A stretch of DNA of 64,000 nucleotides from Minisyncoccota bacterium (GCA_039915165.1 JBDSNU010000007.1:113812-177811), one strand, 5' to 3'. Shown: positions 11,501 through 21,362, numbered from the stretch's first letter. The notes: generated by a model from the letters alone, not told the origin. Made by a program: numbers and translations.

Positions 11501-12148
11501 AACATCAATCTGTGCTGGAAATGCCGTATCAAGAAAAGTACTGTCAGTTAATGTCACCTTTCCGCGAGTATTGGTCATACCAGTATTACAATTTGTAAAC
11601 ATCATATGGGAGGCATCAAGCACCACATCGCGGTCAACAGTTATTCCTGTCGCTGCATCTTTTATTTCTACGTATGACAAAGATCCAGAAGAGTTAGCCA
11701 TAAAGGTTATACCTCCATGTTTATTGTTTGTTACTGTTTTTTCAACAGACATTGAAACGCTCATGGGAACAACTTCGGGAGTTTGTATATTTTCCTCTTT
11801 TATTGGTTCGCTGTTATTAATCTCTTGCGTTAAAGTTTTTGCGGCTGATTCTTCATCTTTAGAAATAACTATATGGTTTTTTGTTGTACCTTTTGCGATT
11901 AATTTTCCATAGACCACTAGTCGTCCATTTTGTGCAAAAAATAATTGTGTTCCGGCAGGTATGATTAGCGTGGCTCCTACACTGACAAAAACATCACCCT
12001 TCACGGTATACGTAACATCGGCATCTAAAGTAGTTTCTGTTCGCCCTGGTTTTAATTCCTCGGCATAGACTTTTATAGTACTAAAAATAAAACTGGCAAT
12101 GAGAACGGTTATGGTAATAAAAAATGTTTTTTGGAATGGTAATTTCAT
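8567..12148 (-). CDS. Secreted, membrane-anchored beta-helix plus LCAT-type lipase/acyltransferase
   Basis: Signal peptide; parallel beta-helix repeats; PIIIVPGITGS, PYDWRL, AHSMGG, PHLGAP, GDGVVP, HG; S/T-rich linker; C-terminal TM and basic tail. Confidence 0.8.
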   Translation of the reverse strand: MKLPFQKTFFITITVLIASFIFSTIKVYAEELKPGRTETTLDADVTYTVKGDVFVSVGATLIIPAGTQLFFAQNGRLVVYGKLIAKGTTKNHIVISKDEESAAKTLTQEINNSEPIKEENIQTPEVVPMSVSMSVEKTVTNNKHGGITFMANSSGSLSYVEIKDAATGITVDRDVVLDASHMMFTNCNTGMTNTRGKVTLTDSTFLDTAFPAQIDVYGTFTHSGTTFLGKGFKGWNYGGDILQGQNYHFNSRDGEYYVFGITVLNGGTLTIDYGITVFIQDGFSINVAQGGTLVVNGTEASPVNVYGDGTCPLNMSSIILAANADSKIKYTNFHNLCSAIKATASGVSVTHSNFKDISGTAIIAEQQGDLTITNSDFTTSKIALVLNNPVIKNITNNYFHGNTIGVSVIDMVKAVIKNNGWGSDSGPTIKSNSGGKGDSIITKNTTEVIYKPWLGMKDEPTTTEAPVVTPPTADQNPIIIVPGITGSILTKDYGDKSELWPNIAKLALSPTDSYLNDLELLQTGIPSTVRPMVVGDIVRSASSVDIFNSMINALHTKGYIEGANLFVFPYDWRLSNTVNQSLLKDMIAKALLKSGKKKVTIIAHSMGGLLVKEYISENPTAPLDHLFYIAVPHLGAPKTFKTLMYGDDMGFRFSLGSLLQVPVLNEQRVKTITQNMPSVYELLPSKKYIDGVSHYIQDRTQVIHDMSQDNIEKYMIADGRNDNMFSFAHQLHDKIDTMTSTFDKYDFAGCGNTKTITGFTLTKEQSLTLTGFKLIPEHRLLYGSGDGVVPVSSAVAENGAHNYYVHAGSHGTVASLPVIQDTIVQILDGKAPTTNNDISTMSTQCNLAGDTIDVHSPVMLNVYDELGRHTGPTIDGGIEYGIPNVQYDVIDDEKFVFLPTGPKYKITQQAQSAGLYDMYISHSDESDIVTHQTYYHAVPLLSDKTLGTITLSKENSSPSITIDDNNDGTIDRTVEASSSLEEKQAKDSVVPITTATYADGLVTLKATDDNAGILNTKYSTDNIVWQIYDKPFATSVGSTVYFVSIDRAGNTEEIKQLKVESGGSTSTIIPTTTTAPIATSSGNNVSVSMQSSTVTPTDTDGSEENVNNESSDDILPDAEDIKTPLKKKTTSTTILTAPAPDEGTIMSDPEVTLKGLSASAAGVTALGPGKVIVLGLLAIGALVIMAVFSKKRS

Positions 12149-12163
12149 TCCAAAAATATACCA

Positions 12164-12195
12164 ATTACCCCTTCAATAAAAATTGAAGGGGTAAT
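12164..12195. terminator. Hairpin/terminator
   Basis: ATTACCCCTTCAAT-AAAA-ATTGAAGGGGTAAT inverted repeat. Confidence 0.55.
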
Positions 12196-12214
12196 AAATT
12201 ATTTCTCAGTTATT

Positions 12215-13069
12215 CTACTGTGGGAAATATCTCAATATCCAAGAACTTCCTGGTATCAATGGGAAGATATCATGTCCTGTTCGGCGCAAAAGATATGGTG
12301 GGATTTGGCTGAATGGGATGGTTTGTATTGTAGAAGCTGCCGGTACTGCCGTTGCAACAGCAGACGTACGGAAGACACTGAAGCTTGTGCCGTCTGCATT
12401 GATGGCAGAAGGTACTGCTAATGCAACGGTGGTATTTCCTGTATCAAGTAAATTAATCATTTGAGGATTCATTTGTGATATTGCTAGACGTTGACCATTT
12501 TGTACCGCAGTCGCTCCAGTAAACGGTACTGGTGTGAACCCTGACAAAGGAGCAAGTACTCCATTTACCTGTGCTCTCTCTTGAATCCATTCAGCGGAAG
12601 AATGTAAAGAATGATATTGAACAGTTTTTGCAAATTGTTGTTTGGTAGTGTTATTGGTAATGACAATATTCCAGATGTCGGCTGAAGTTTCAATGATAGC
12701 AACACTGATGGAGTCTTTGGGGTGAACAGCGAGATTCACTGGCGTTGAGTCTTCTGGTAGAAGTTCATACCACGCTTGATACGTAGCGCCATCACTGTTA
12801 GCAATTTCATAAACGCCGGCTTGAATCAAGTCTGCACTACCCCTACCACCAATACCCACCCATGTCGCATTTGAAGCCAAGGTAGTTGAGTATGAAAGTT
12901 CTGGCATGACAAATGTCCCACTCACCCCTGTATATGTTCCCTGCTCAACTGCATATCCACTCCAGTTAGTTGATGCATTTAAAGAAACGTCGGCATAGGC
13001 TTTTGGTATTACCAGAAAAGATAGTGAAAATATAACGGCTATCAATGCTGCTTTTATAGATTTATTCAT
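12215..13069 (-). CDS. G1 family glutamic peptidase (eqolisin-like), secreted
   Basis: STNWSGY, WVGIGG, LIQAG (catalytic Q), AWYE, SAEWIQE (catalytic E). Confidence 0.85.
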   Translation of the reverse strand: MNKSIKAALIAVIFSLSFLVIPKAYADVSLNASTNWSGYAVEQGTYTGVSGTFVMPELSYSTTLASNATWVGIGGRGSADLIQAGVYEIANSDGATYQAWYELLPEDSTPVNLAVHPKDSISVAIIETSADIWNIVITNNTTKQQFAKTVQYHSLHSSAEWIQERAQVNGVLAPLSGFTPVPFTGATAVQNGQRLAISQMNPQMINLLDTGNTTVALAVPSAINADGTSFSVFRTSAVATAVPAASTIQTIPFSQIPPYLLRRTGHDIFPLIPGSSWILRYFPQ

Positions 13070-13105
13070 ACTAATATATACGTTTCAAAGTTAATAATTG
13101 TTGCA

Positions 13106-14482
13106 TTAGGCAAGTACACTAGCGATGCGTGCAAGGGTCATCTCTTTTCCTAAAATACTAGCAACTTCAAATGGATCCGGTGATTTTTCTTTTCCTGTAA
13201 GCGCAACACGAAGTGGCCATAATACATTTCCCTTTCCTTCTTCATCGGCATATTCAATCACCGCAGCTTTTATACTGTCGTAATTCCATTCTGCTTCAGA
13301 TACTGGCGCCAATAAGTTACCAACGCGAGCAAGGTACTGTTTTGTTTTGATCAACCCATCAGTGTCTTCTTTCAATGTTTTCCATACCAACATTTTTTCA
13401 TCAACGAGAGGTTGTTTGAAGAAGTAATCAAACTCCCCTTCGACAGAATCAGGGCCTTCGGCATTTCCTAATAACATTTTTATATCCGAGAATTTTTCGA
13501 TGCGATCGCGAAGCAATTGTTCAATCTTTTTTAGCATTTCATGACTAGGGACAGTATCTTCGATCCATGATGGTAACCATGCATGTGCATGATCCCAAAA
13601 TGTTTTTTGATCAAACTGTTTAATATATTCACGATTAAACCAGTCTAACTTTTCAGGATTAAACATTGCGGGAGATTTTTGTACCTTACTGAGATCAAAT
13701 ATTTCAATCAACTCATCCTTGGTAAATAATTCTTGTTCAGTGCCGGGATTCCAGCCAACCATGGCAACCATGTTAAACAGTGCTTCGGGTAGATATCCTA
13801 AGTCTCGGTATTCTGTAAGTGCTAGTGCCCCTTTACGCTTTGAGAGTTTTTGTTTGTCTGATCCTAATACCAAAGGAAGGTGTGCGTATACGGGAGTCGG
13901 CGCACCAATAGCCTTTTGAATGAGTATTTGACGAGGTGTATTTGAAACATGATCCTCACCGCGAACTACATGAGTAACACCAGCATCAAAGTCATCAACG
14001 ACAACAGCAAGATGAAAAAGCGGTTCACGAATATTTTTTGCAATAACAAAATCGCCAAGGTCTTCAGTGTTCATAGTTATATTACCCTTTATTTCATCAA
14101 AGAATGTTACATTTCCATTTGGGTTTTTGAAACGTACAATTTCTTTAATTACACCCGAACCATCCTTTGCTTCTTCTTTTGAAATGTATGCAGATCCATC
14201 TTCAATCATTTTTTCGAGCACCGCTTGATGACGTTCAACATTTTCTGACTGACGAATAAATACATCATGCTCAAGACCCATCCATTCCAGACTTTCCATA
14301 ATATTTTCTTCGTACTCTTTTTTTGAACGCTCCTTGTCCGTATCTTCGATGCGTAATACAAATGTACCCTTATGTTTACGTGCATAAAGGTATGAGAATA
14401 TTGCTGTTCGGTATGCACCTGAGTGTAATTTCCCTGTCGGACTTGGTGCAAATCTTGTTACTACCTTTTTAGTATTTTCCAT
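13106..14482 (-). CDS. gltX: Glutamate-tRNA ligase
   Basis: RFAPSPTG.LH, RIEDTD, RGEDH, KLSKR. Confidence 0.97.
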   Translation of the reverse strand: MENTKKVVTRFAPSPTGKLHSGAYRTAIFSYLYARKHKGTFVLRIEDTDKERSKKEYEENIMESLEWMGLEHDVFIRQSENVERHQAVLEKMIEDGSAYISKEEAKDGSGVIKEIVRFKNPNGNVTFFDEIKGNITMNTEDLGDFVIAKNIREPLFHLAVVVDDFDAGVTHVVRGEDHVSNTPRQILIQKAIGAPTPVYAHLPLVLGSDKQKLSKRKGALALTEYRDLGYLPEALFNMVAMVGWNPGTEQELFTKDELIEIFDLSKVQKSPAMFNPEKLDWFNREYIKQFDQKTFWDHAHAWLPSWIEDTVPSHEMLKKIEQLLRDRIEKFSDIKMLLGNAEGPDSVEGEFDYFFKQPLVDEKMLVWKTLKEDTDGLIKTKQYLARVGNLLAPVSEAEWNYDSIKAAVIEYADEEGKGNVLWPLRVALTGKEKSPDPFEVASILGKEMTLARIASVLA

Positions 14483-14564
14483 ATCCTCATCATAGCAAAA
14501 TATCGCTTTATTGACAAAAATACTTAAAGTTATATAGTTATAAAAACCCTTAAATCAAAAATGT

Positions 14565-14879
14565 ATGATAGTTGAATTACTTGTACTTAGCATGTTCGGA
14601 GTAGCAATGTTAGGATCTTCATTATTTTATTTTTTCAAAGTATCACGCACGAGTACTGCATACGGTGCATACTTGCAAAAGAATACCGCTGAACTGTGGA
14701 TCTTCGCAATTGTCACAATACTCGGTGCAGCCAGTTTCCTTTTTTTGTTCTATGCAATAAAAATTTTCGATACAAAGAGCGATCCTACTCAGGTATTGCA
14801 GCCTATGATTATCATCTATGCTCTGGTTTACATGATTGATTATTTGATTGCAGCAACTCGGTATACGAAAATTACATAA
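14565..14879 (+). CDS. Small membrane protein (3 TM)
   Basis: Three hydrophobic segments; TTGACA-17-TATAGT upstream. Confidence 0.6.
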   Translation: MIVELLVLSMFGVAMLGSSLFYFFKVSRTSTAYGAYLQKNTAELWIFAIVTILGAASFLFLFYAIKIFDTKSDPTQVLQPMIIIYALVYMIDYLIAATRYTKIT

Positions 14880-14924
14880 ATAAAATGCCCACACAATTTA
14901 TAATTGTATGGGCATTTTTTATTT

Positions 14925-15689
14925 TTATATACTGAGATCTCTTCCTCTACTCCATTCATACATCACCACTGATGTTGCAACCGAAGCGTTCAAGGATTCA
15001 CAGTTTGGATTCATAGGGATAGTTAATCCTATATCACATAACTCTAATGTTTTTTCACGAATACCTGTTGACTCATTGCCAACAATAAACAATGTAGCAG
15101 TATCAAACACTGCCTTACTGAGTTGAGTATCACCATTCATTACCAATCCATAACTCCACATATGCTTTTCTTTGAGCATGCGTACTGTTTGATTTACATT
15201 GCCAATTTTCACAATTGGAATACGGAATACCATACCAGCAGAAGTTTTGATCACCGTACCAGTGATTAGTGATTGGTTGTGTTCGGGCATCAACACAGCA
15301 TGTGCACCGAAAGCTGCAGCTGAACGAATGATCGCACCAACATTATGTGGATCATGTAGCTCATCAAGCAAAACGAAGCATAGATTTTCAGGATGTTCAC
15401 CGTCAAACAGTTTCACTACATCATCAAGAGGTGTGTACAATTTCTCTGGATTGATAACAGCGATCACACCTTGGTGCACAGCATCACTTGCAACAGGACC
15501 AGTGCTACCCTGCTTCATTGGCGTAAATACAATATTGTTAGCATTCAATAGTGAGATGAGTTCTTTATCTTGTTCGGCATTCACATCCAAAAAAACCTTT
15601 TGTACTGAAGCCGGTTTTGCTAATAACGCTTCTCGCAACGCATGCTTGCCGTATAAATAAATTTTGTCATCTGTCGGTCTTGATTTCAT
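14925..15689 (-). CDS. rlmB: 23S rRNA Gm2251 methyltransferase (TrmH/SpoU)
   Basis: HQGVIA, DPHNVGAIIRSA, GNE..G, ESLNASVA; start at MKSRP. Confidence 0.9.
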   Translation of the reverse strand: MKSRPTDDKIYLYGKHALREALLAKPASVQKVFLDVNAEQDKELISLLNANNIVFTPMKQGSTGPVASDAVHQGVIAVINPEKLYTPLDDVVKLFDGEHPENLCFVLLDELHDPHNVGAIIRSAAAFGAHAVLMPEHNQSLITGTVIKTSAGMVFRIPIVKIGNVNQTVRMLKEKHMWSYGLVMNGDTQLSKAVFDTATLFIVGNESTGIREKTLELCDIGLTIPMNPNCESLNASVATSVVMYEWSRGRDLSI

Positions 15690-15792
15690 TACCTGCATAC
15701 TACAACACAAAATGGATTTCGTAAATACAATACTTTGACATTTCAAATAAAAAGACTATCATTGTTGAAATTAACAAAATAAATATATTTCT

Positions 15793-16137
15793 ATGAACAA
15801 GCACATTTGCAAGAACTTTGTAGTAACCTGTATGGATTTCCGAATCCAAGCAACCGTTGAAGCATTACTGGAAAATCTCGGTATTGAAAAAGGCACATAC
15901 GACCGAACAAGTTTCGCCGGAGGTGCAGCTGATACAGAAAATTTGAAAAAACACTTAGAACTTTCAAAGCGTTTACACGAATCATCACATGCAATCCTTA
16001 CTATCCACGAAGACTGTGGTGCCGGAGCAAAAGAAGCAGACCTACTTACCGCAAAAACTATCGCGGATGAACTTGGGTTCACCTCACAACTATTTACTAT
16101 CAAGCTTGATGGTACATGGGAAGAAGTTCAGGGATAA
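15793..16137 (+). CDS. Minimal beta-carbonic anhydrase-like protein
   Basis: CMDFR and HEDCGA zinc-ligand motifs. Confidence 0.7.
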   Translation: MNKHICKNFVVTCMDFRIQATVEALLENLGIEKGTYDRTSFAGGAADTENLKKHLELSKRLHESSHAILTIHEDCGAGAKEADLLTAKTIADELGFTSQLFTIKLDGTWEEVQG

Positions 16138-16249
16138 ATCTTTGAACGATAAAAGGCCATTGAGATATCAGTGGCTTTTTTTATTTCTTAATTCCATTAT
16201 TTGTTGCAATATCAAAACTGAGTGGTATAGTACACAAAATCATATAGCA

Positions 16250-16390
16250 ATGGGAAACTCAAAAAAGAACATTCCAAAAAATGAGAATAGCAAAACTATT
16301 ACTCAAAACACTCACTTCAAACAACAAAGTAAATACCCACGCCAGAATATTGGCCCCGCCGCTCGCCCTAGCAGAGCCACGCATGGGTAA
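16250..16390 (+). CDS. Small basic hypothetical peptide (46 aa)
   Basis: MGNSKKNIPK...RPSRATHG; -10-like TATAGT upstream and terminator downstream. Confidence 0.4.
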   Translation: MGNSKKNIPKNENSKTITQNTHFKQQSKYPRQNIGPAARPSRATHG

Positions 16391-16402
16391 TGAGTAAAGA
16401 AT

Positions 16403-16431
16403 AAAACCGACAGCATCAAGCTGTCGGTTTT
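16403..16431. terminator. Intrinsic terminator
   Basis: AAAACCGACAGC-ATCAA-GCTGTCGGTTTT. Confidence 0.7.
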
Positions 16432-16597
16432 TATGTATAAGGTGCAACGGAAAGGAATTTTTCCCTCGACTAAACATTCTGCAAAATGTTTGTCTGGGCA
16501 CCCTCTCACCTATTTTTCTGCTGAAAAATTATGGCTCCGACGTTCAAGTCCTTAGTAAAGACATATGCAGGTTTAGTTACAGTGCGACTGTTGAATA

Positions 16598-16663
16598 CCC
16601 GACGCACAAAAGACAAAATCCCCATACACATGTGTATGGGGATTTTGTCTTTTGTGCGTCGGG
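16598..16663. repeat. 66-bp perfect palindrome overlapping tRNA-Tyr 3' end
   Basis: CCCGACGCACAAAAGACAAAATCCCCATACACA followed directly by its reverse complement. Confidence 0.95.
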
Positions 16664-16737
16664 AAGGATTTGAACCTTCGTAGCCCGAAGGCGACAGATT
16701 TACAGTCTGTTGTAATTGACCGCTCTACCACCGACGC
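16655..16737 (-). tRNA. tRNA-Tyr(GTA)
   Basis: GCGTCGG/CCGACGC acceptor, ACAGA-CTGTAAA-TCTGT anticodon arm, long variable arm, GGTTCAAATCC. Confidence 0.95.
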
Positions 16738-16805
16738 ATGTCTCAGTCCAGTGAAGGACTGCGGATATTCTACACTAAAAATTGAAAATTCAAAGTGTAG
16801 AGGAT

Positions 16806-19493
16806 TTAAGAAGTAGTTACTTCTTTATTTCGACTGAAAGAACTGATGCGCTTTTTCTTAGCTTGAACGGTGACAATAACTTCGTCACCCTTCATTGAAA
16901 CATCCACTGTATCACCTTCGTTAATTGTACGGGAGATGATACGTTCTGCGATTGGATTCAAAATCTTAGTCTGAATTAATCGGTTTAATGGACGTGCGCC
17001 GTACTGAGGATTATACCCGACACGTGCCAGGTATGAAAGTGTTTCTTCCTGTACAGTGACAGTAATCCCCTTTTCCAACAGTCGATCAAGTACAACTTTG
17101 GTGCGGATACCAACAATATCTTTGATTGACTCAGGACTGAGAATATCGAAGACAATAATTTCATCAATACGATTCAAGAATTCAGGGCGGAAGTAATCTT
17201 TGAGCGCTCCCTCTACCTTATCTTTTGTTTGAACGTATTCTTTTGCTTCATTATTGTTATGGAAGCCAATGCTTTCCATTTTCTGAATGAATTCAGAGCC
17301 AATGTTTGAAGTCATGACAATGATAGTATTCTTGAAGTTCACGGTTCTGCCCTTTGAGTCAGTCAGGCGTCCATCATCTAGTACCTGTAGCAATACATTG
17401 AAGACTTCAGGGTGTGCCTTTTCAATTTCATCAAACAAAATCACAGAGTACGGTCGATGACGAACTGCTTCAGTAAGCTGGCCGCTTTCATCATGACCAA
17501 CATATCCTGGAGGTGAACCAATAAGCTTAGACACACTGTGACGCTCCATATATTCACTCATATCAACGCGAATTAACGCTTTGTCATCATTGAACATGAA
17601 GTCTGCCAATGTCTTTGTCAGCTCAGTTTTACCAACACCTGTTGGGCCCAAGAATAAGAATGAGCCGATTGGGCGATTAGGGTCACCAATACCAGCACGG
17701 TTACTACGAACCACATGTGCGATCTTTTCAATGGCTTCTTGTTGACCAATCACGCGCTTGTGAAGCTCAGATTCCATATTCATCAGCTTCTCACGTTCTT
17801 CTTCAAGCATTTTCATCAAAGGCACTCCAGTCCAGCGAGCAACCACTTCAGCAATATCTTCTGCTGTGATATCTTCACGAAGTACACGACGGGATTTTTG
17901 AAGTTTTTTCAAACGAGTCATTTTTACTTCGAGATCTTTCTGAAGTAAGGGCAAATGACCGTAACGGATTTCTGCTGCGCGACCGAGGTCTGCACGGAGC
18001 TCGGCTGCCTCAGCTTCAAGACGAAGTGTTTCCAAATCTTTTTTGATCTTACTGATATCTTGTAAAAGAGTTTTTTCAGTCTTCCACTTCATTTCTAATT
18101 CTTTTGTACGCTCTCTGGAGTCAGCAATTTCTGCTTCAATAACTTTGATACGAGATTTTGCAATTTTGGTATCAATGTCTTTTTCCACATCTTTCTTCAA
18201 TGCTTCTTTTTCAATTTCAAGACGCATGATTTTACGATGCGCTTCTTCAAGCACTGGTGGCTTATTTTCTAATGCCATACGCAATGCCGACGAAGCTTCA
18301 TCGAGTAGGTCAATCGCCTTATCGGGTAAATATCTATTGGTAATATAACGAACAGATAATTGTGCAGCAGCAATCAATGCGTCATCGGTAATGTGTACAC
18401 CATGGAAAATTTCATACTTTTCTTTCAGTCCACGAAGGATAGCAATAGTATCTTCTTGAGTGGGTTCTTCGATATATACAGGCTGGAATCGACGAGCAAG
18501 TGCTGGGTCTTTTTCAATATGCTTCTGATATTCTTTCAGTGTTGTTGCACCGATTGCGCGAACTTCTCCCCGAGCAAGTGCGGGTTTCAATAACTGAGAC
18601 ATATCGCCTCCCCCATCACCAGTACCACCAGCGCCGACAATATTATGAATTTCATCAATAAAAAGAATCACACGACCTTCCATGCGTTCTACTTCTTTCA
18701 GAATGTTTTTTAACCGTTCTTCAAACTCGCCACGATATTTTGTACCAGCAAGTAGTGATCCAATATCAAGTAGCACGATTTCTTTGTCCTTCAATGATTC
18801 AGGTACATCACCTTTGGCAATACGGTTAGCGAGCCCTTCAACAACAGCAGTCTTACCTGTACCTGCTTCACCGATAAGGATTGGGTTGTTTTTTGTGCGA
18901 CGAGAGAGGATCTGCATGATACGCATGATTTCTTTGTCACGACCAATAACCGGGTCAAGTTTATCTTCCCGGGCCATAGTGGTAAGGTTGCGCGTAAACT
19001 TAGCGAGCATACGCATTTTTTTATTTCCGCCAGCATCTGCAGTTTTGTTGGTACGGAATTCTTCAACAGCTTGCACCAAAGATACTCGATCAATTTTGAA
19101 CTGATCTAGTAATTCAGATGCTTCGTTTTTTATATCTAACAGCGAGATAAACAGGTGCTCAGTTGAGACAAAATTGTCTTTCAACTCGCTGGCAACTTTT
19201 AATGAATGTTCGATTGCTTGTGCAAGGTCTCCAGTCAAAAACATTTGGTATGACGGAGCAACAGTAGTGTGAGTATCAACAGATTCAATTCCTTCGAGAA
19301 CAGAGTCGGTGAGTAACATAGTGTCCACTTCCAGTCGGTCGAGCAGTGTGACAACATTTGATTCTTCTTGAACAAGTAATGACGCCAATAAGTGCATGGT
19401 GTTTACATTATTTTGTCCTCGTTCAATTGCCAGTTCGTGCGCCCGCTTAATCGCTTCCTTTGCTTTCGTAGTGAATTGATGTAGTGGTGGCAT
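16806..19493 (-). CDS. clpB: AAA+ chaperone ClpB
   Basis: Two Walker A motifs ([16 protein letters not shown]), coiled-coil M domain, [10 protein letters not shown]. Confidence 0.95.
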   Translation of the reverse strand: MPPLHQFTTKAKEAIKRAHELAIERGQNNVNTMHLLASLLVQEESNVVTLLDRLEVDTMLLTDSVLEGIESVDTHTTVAPSYQMFLTGDLAQAIEHSLKVASELKDNFVSTEHLFISLLDIKNEASELLDQFKIDRVSLVQAVEEFRTNKTADAGGNKKMRMLAKFTRNLTTMAREDKLDPVIGRDKEIMRIMQILSRRTKNNPILIGEAGTGKTAVVEGLANRIAKGDVPESLKDKEIVLLDIGSLLAGTKYRGEFEERLKNILKEVERMEGRVILFIDEIHNIVGAGGTGDGGGDMSQLLKPALARGEVRAIGATTLKEYQKHIEKDPALARRFQPVYIEEPTQEDTIAILRGLKEKYEIFHGVHITDDALIAAAQLSVRYITNRYLPDKAIDLLDEASSALRMALENKPPVLEEAHRKIMRLEIEKEALKKDVEKDIDTKIAKSRIKVIEAEIADSRERTKELEMKWKTEKTLLQDISKIKKDLETLRLEAEAAELRADLGRAAEIRYGHLPLLQKDLEVKMTRLKKLQKSRRVLREDITAEDIAEVVARWTGVPLMKMLEEEREKLMNMESELHKRVIGQQEAIEKIAHVVRSNRAGIGDPNRPIGSFLFLGPTGVGKTELTKTLADFMFNDDKALIRVDMSEYMERHSVSKLIGSPPGYVGHDESGQLTEAVRHRPYSVILFDEIEKAHPEVFNVLLQVLDDGRLTDSKGRTVNFKNTIIVMTSNIGSEFIQKMESIGFHNNNEAKEYVQTKDKVEGALKDYFRPEFLNRIDEIIVFDILSPESIKDIVGIRTKVVLDRLLEKGITVTVQEETLSYLARVGYNPQYGARPLNRLIQTKILNPIAERIISRTINEGDTVDVSMKGDEVIVTVQAKKKRISSFSRNKEVTTS

Positions 19494-19654
19494 AGTATTT
19501 TATATAATTAAAAATTTTGTACAGTGTTTACAAGGGTTTCAGAGAAATCAGTCAAAACAGAAAAGTCATTCGGGCTATAGCTACTATAGCACTGATGGCA
19601 AGTTTTTTCCAGAAACAGATAAAAAATAAATAAACGGGGTCAGACCCCATTTAT

Positions 19655-20863
19655 TTATTTTTTATATTTTATTAGTATTTCTTTTAAAGCATGTATAAAG
19701 TTTTTTACTTCATTTTTGGTTGTACTGCGTCCATAAGAAATTCGCACCGCTCCCCAGCCTTGTCCATAGATACGCTCAACAATTCCTGATTCATCATTGT
19801 CTTCGTTTTTGCAGGCGCTTTTTGCGCTAACAGCAAAACCCCGGGCATCGAGTTCAAGTACCATTAACTCACTATCAAAATCTTTCAATGCAATGTGTGT
19901 GATATGCGGCGTGCGCTCATGTTGTACTGCTGTTATTGTTGCCTGTGGGATTTCTTTTGAAATAAGATCTTCTGTATATCGCTGGATATCTGCAATTGAT
20001 TGCGAATAGCTCTCAACATCTTTCTGTGCAAATGTCAGTGAGTGAGCAAAATCATGAATTAATTGAATGGGTTCTGTGCCTGGACGCAAACCATGCTGCT
20101 GGCCTCCGCCATACATAATAGGCGTGATCGGTGTGCCGCGTTTAACATAGAGCATTCCTACTCCTTTTGGACAATATAACTTTGTGGCGCCAAGCGTCAT
20201 CATATCTACGCCAAGCTTTTGCACATTCAATGAGAAATGCAGCGGCGCTTGTGTGGCATCTATATGCAAATATATTTCTACACTCGGGTTGTGCTTACGC
20301 AAAAATCGCACTCGCTTTGCAATTTCATAAATCGGCTGCACTACACCAATTTCATTATTGACATGCATCACAGAAACAATGGCTGCTAGTATTTCTTCCG
20401 GCAGAATAATTTGTTTTGGATCAATAATCCCCTGTTCTGTTGGCAAAATAGTTACAGTAATTTCTTTTGCTAAGACTGCCACAGTTTCTAATACTGCTGT
20501 ATGTTCAGTATCGGTAGTAATAATTGCAATTTGGTTTGGTTGAATGTTTTTGGCTAACAATCCACGAACTGTACCTTGTAATGCCAAGTTATCTGACTCT
20601 GTAGCATTCGAAGTGAAAATAATTTCATCAACATGTGCTGACAATGTTGTAGCGACTAATTCATGAGCATCTCTGAGTACCTTTTTTGCTACTAGTCCCT
20701 CCTTATGTAGAGCACTTGGATTGGCTTGTAGTGCCATTGTTGAAATTATAGGGAAATCGGCCAACATACGCTGATCAAGCGGTGTACTTGAGGCAAAATC
20801 GAGATATGTACGATCGCTTTGTGCTGACAGCGTCGTTTTTGAAAAAGACTTGAAAAAACCCAT
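19655..20863 (-). CDS. iscS: Cysteine desulfurase (NifS/IscS-like, class V PLP)
   Basis: YLDFASSTP, FTSNATES, NNEIG, DATQ, PLP Lys in GATKLY, SAKSAC; start at MGFFKS. Confidence 0.85.
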   Translation of the reverse strand: MGFFKSFSKTTLSAQSDRTYLDFASSTPLDQRMLADFPIISTMALQANPSALHKEGLVAKKVLRDAHELVATTLSAHVDEIIFTSNATESDNLALQGTVRGLLAKNIQPNQIAIITTDTEHTAVLETVAVLAKEITVTILPTEQGIIDPKQIILPEEILAAIVSVMHVNNEIGVVQPIYEIAKRVRFLRKHNPSVEIYLHIDATQAPLHFSLNVQKLGVDMMTLGATKLYCPKGVGMLYVKRGTPITPIMYGGGQQHGLRPGTEPIQLIHDFAHSLTFAQKDVESYSQSIADIQRYTEDLISKEIPQATITAVQHERTPHITHIALKDFDSELMVLELDARGFAVSAKSACKNEDNDESGIVERIYGQGWGAVRISYGRSTTKNEVKNFIHALKEILIKYKK

Positions 20864-20885
20864 AAAAATAGTATAATAGCTGCTT

Positions 20886-21362
20886 ATGGGACAAAGTATA
20901 CCATTAATACCTGTTGTGCTGATTATCATCCTTGCAATAGCCGTTGGTGTACTGACTTTTTTAGTTGTGCAGTTGCAAAGAAAGCTTCGCATATTCATGA
21001 ACGGCAAAGACGGATCTGATCTCGAAACTACCCTCATGGATCTGACACAAAAGGTCTTCAATATCGAAGATACCCTCCAGGCACACAAAGAAGGACTTGA
21101 ATATATTGATGGACGTGTGAAGCGTAGTATCCGCGGATACTCACTTGTTCGATACAATGCCTATGACAATGCCGGCGGCGAACAAAGTTTTGCTTCAGGC
21201 TTGCTCGATGAACATGGCGATGGCTATATCCTTTCTGTCATCACTAACCGCAGTCATGTTGGCGTATATTCAAAAAAAATTATCGCTGGTCAGCCAGAGA
21301 CTTCTCTCACCAATGAAGAAGCAGAAGCACTTACCCAAGCTAAACAACCACTCAACTTATGA
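20886..21362 (+). CDS. DUF4446-like membrane protein
   Basis: N-terminal TM, coiled coil, VRYNAY...GGEQSF..LLD..GDG. Confidence 0.75.
   Translation: MGQSIPLIPVVLIIILAIAVGVLTFLVVQLQRKLRIFMNGKDGSDLETTLMDLTQKVFNIEDTLQAHKEGLEYIDGRVKRSIRGYSLVRYNAYDNAGGEQSFASGLLDEHGDGYILSVITNRSHVGVYSKKIIAGQPETSLTNEEAEALTQAKQPLNL

Noticed and set aside
20864-21157. N-terminal extension of the cysteine desulfurase
   Set aside because: Overlaps the divergent DUF4446 gene; homology begins after MGFFKS
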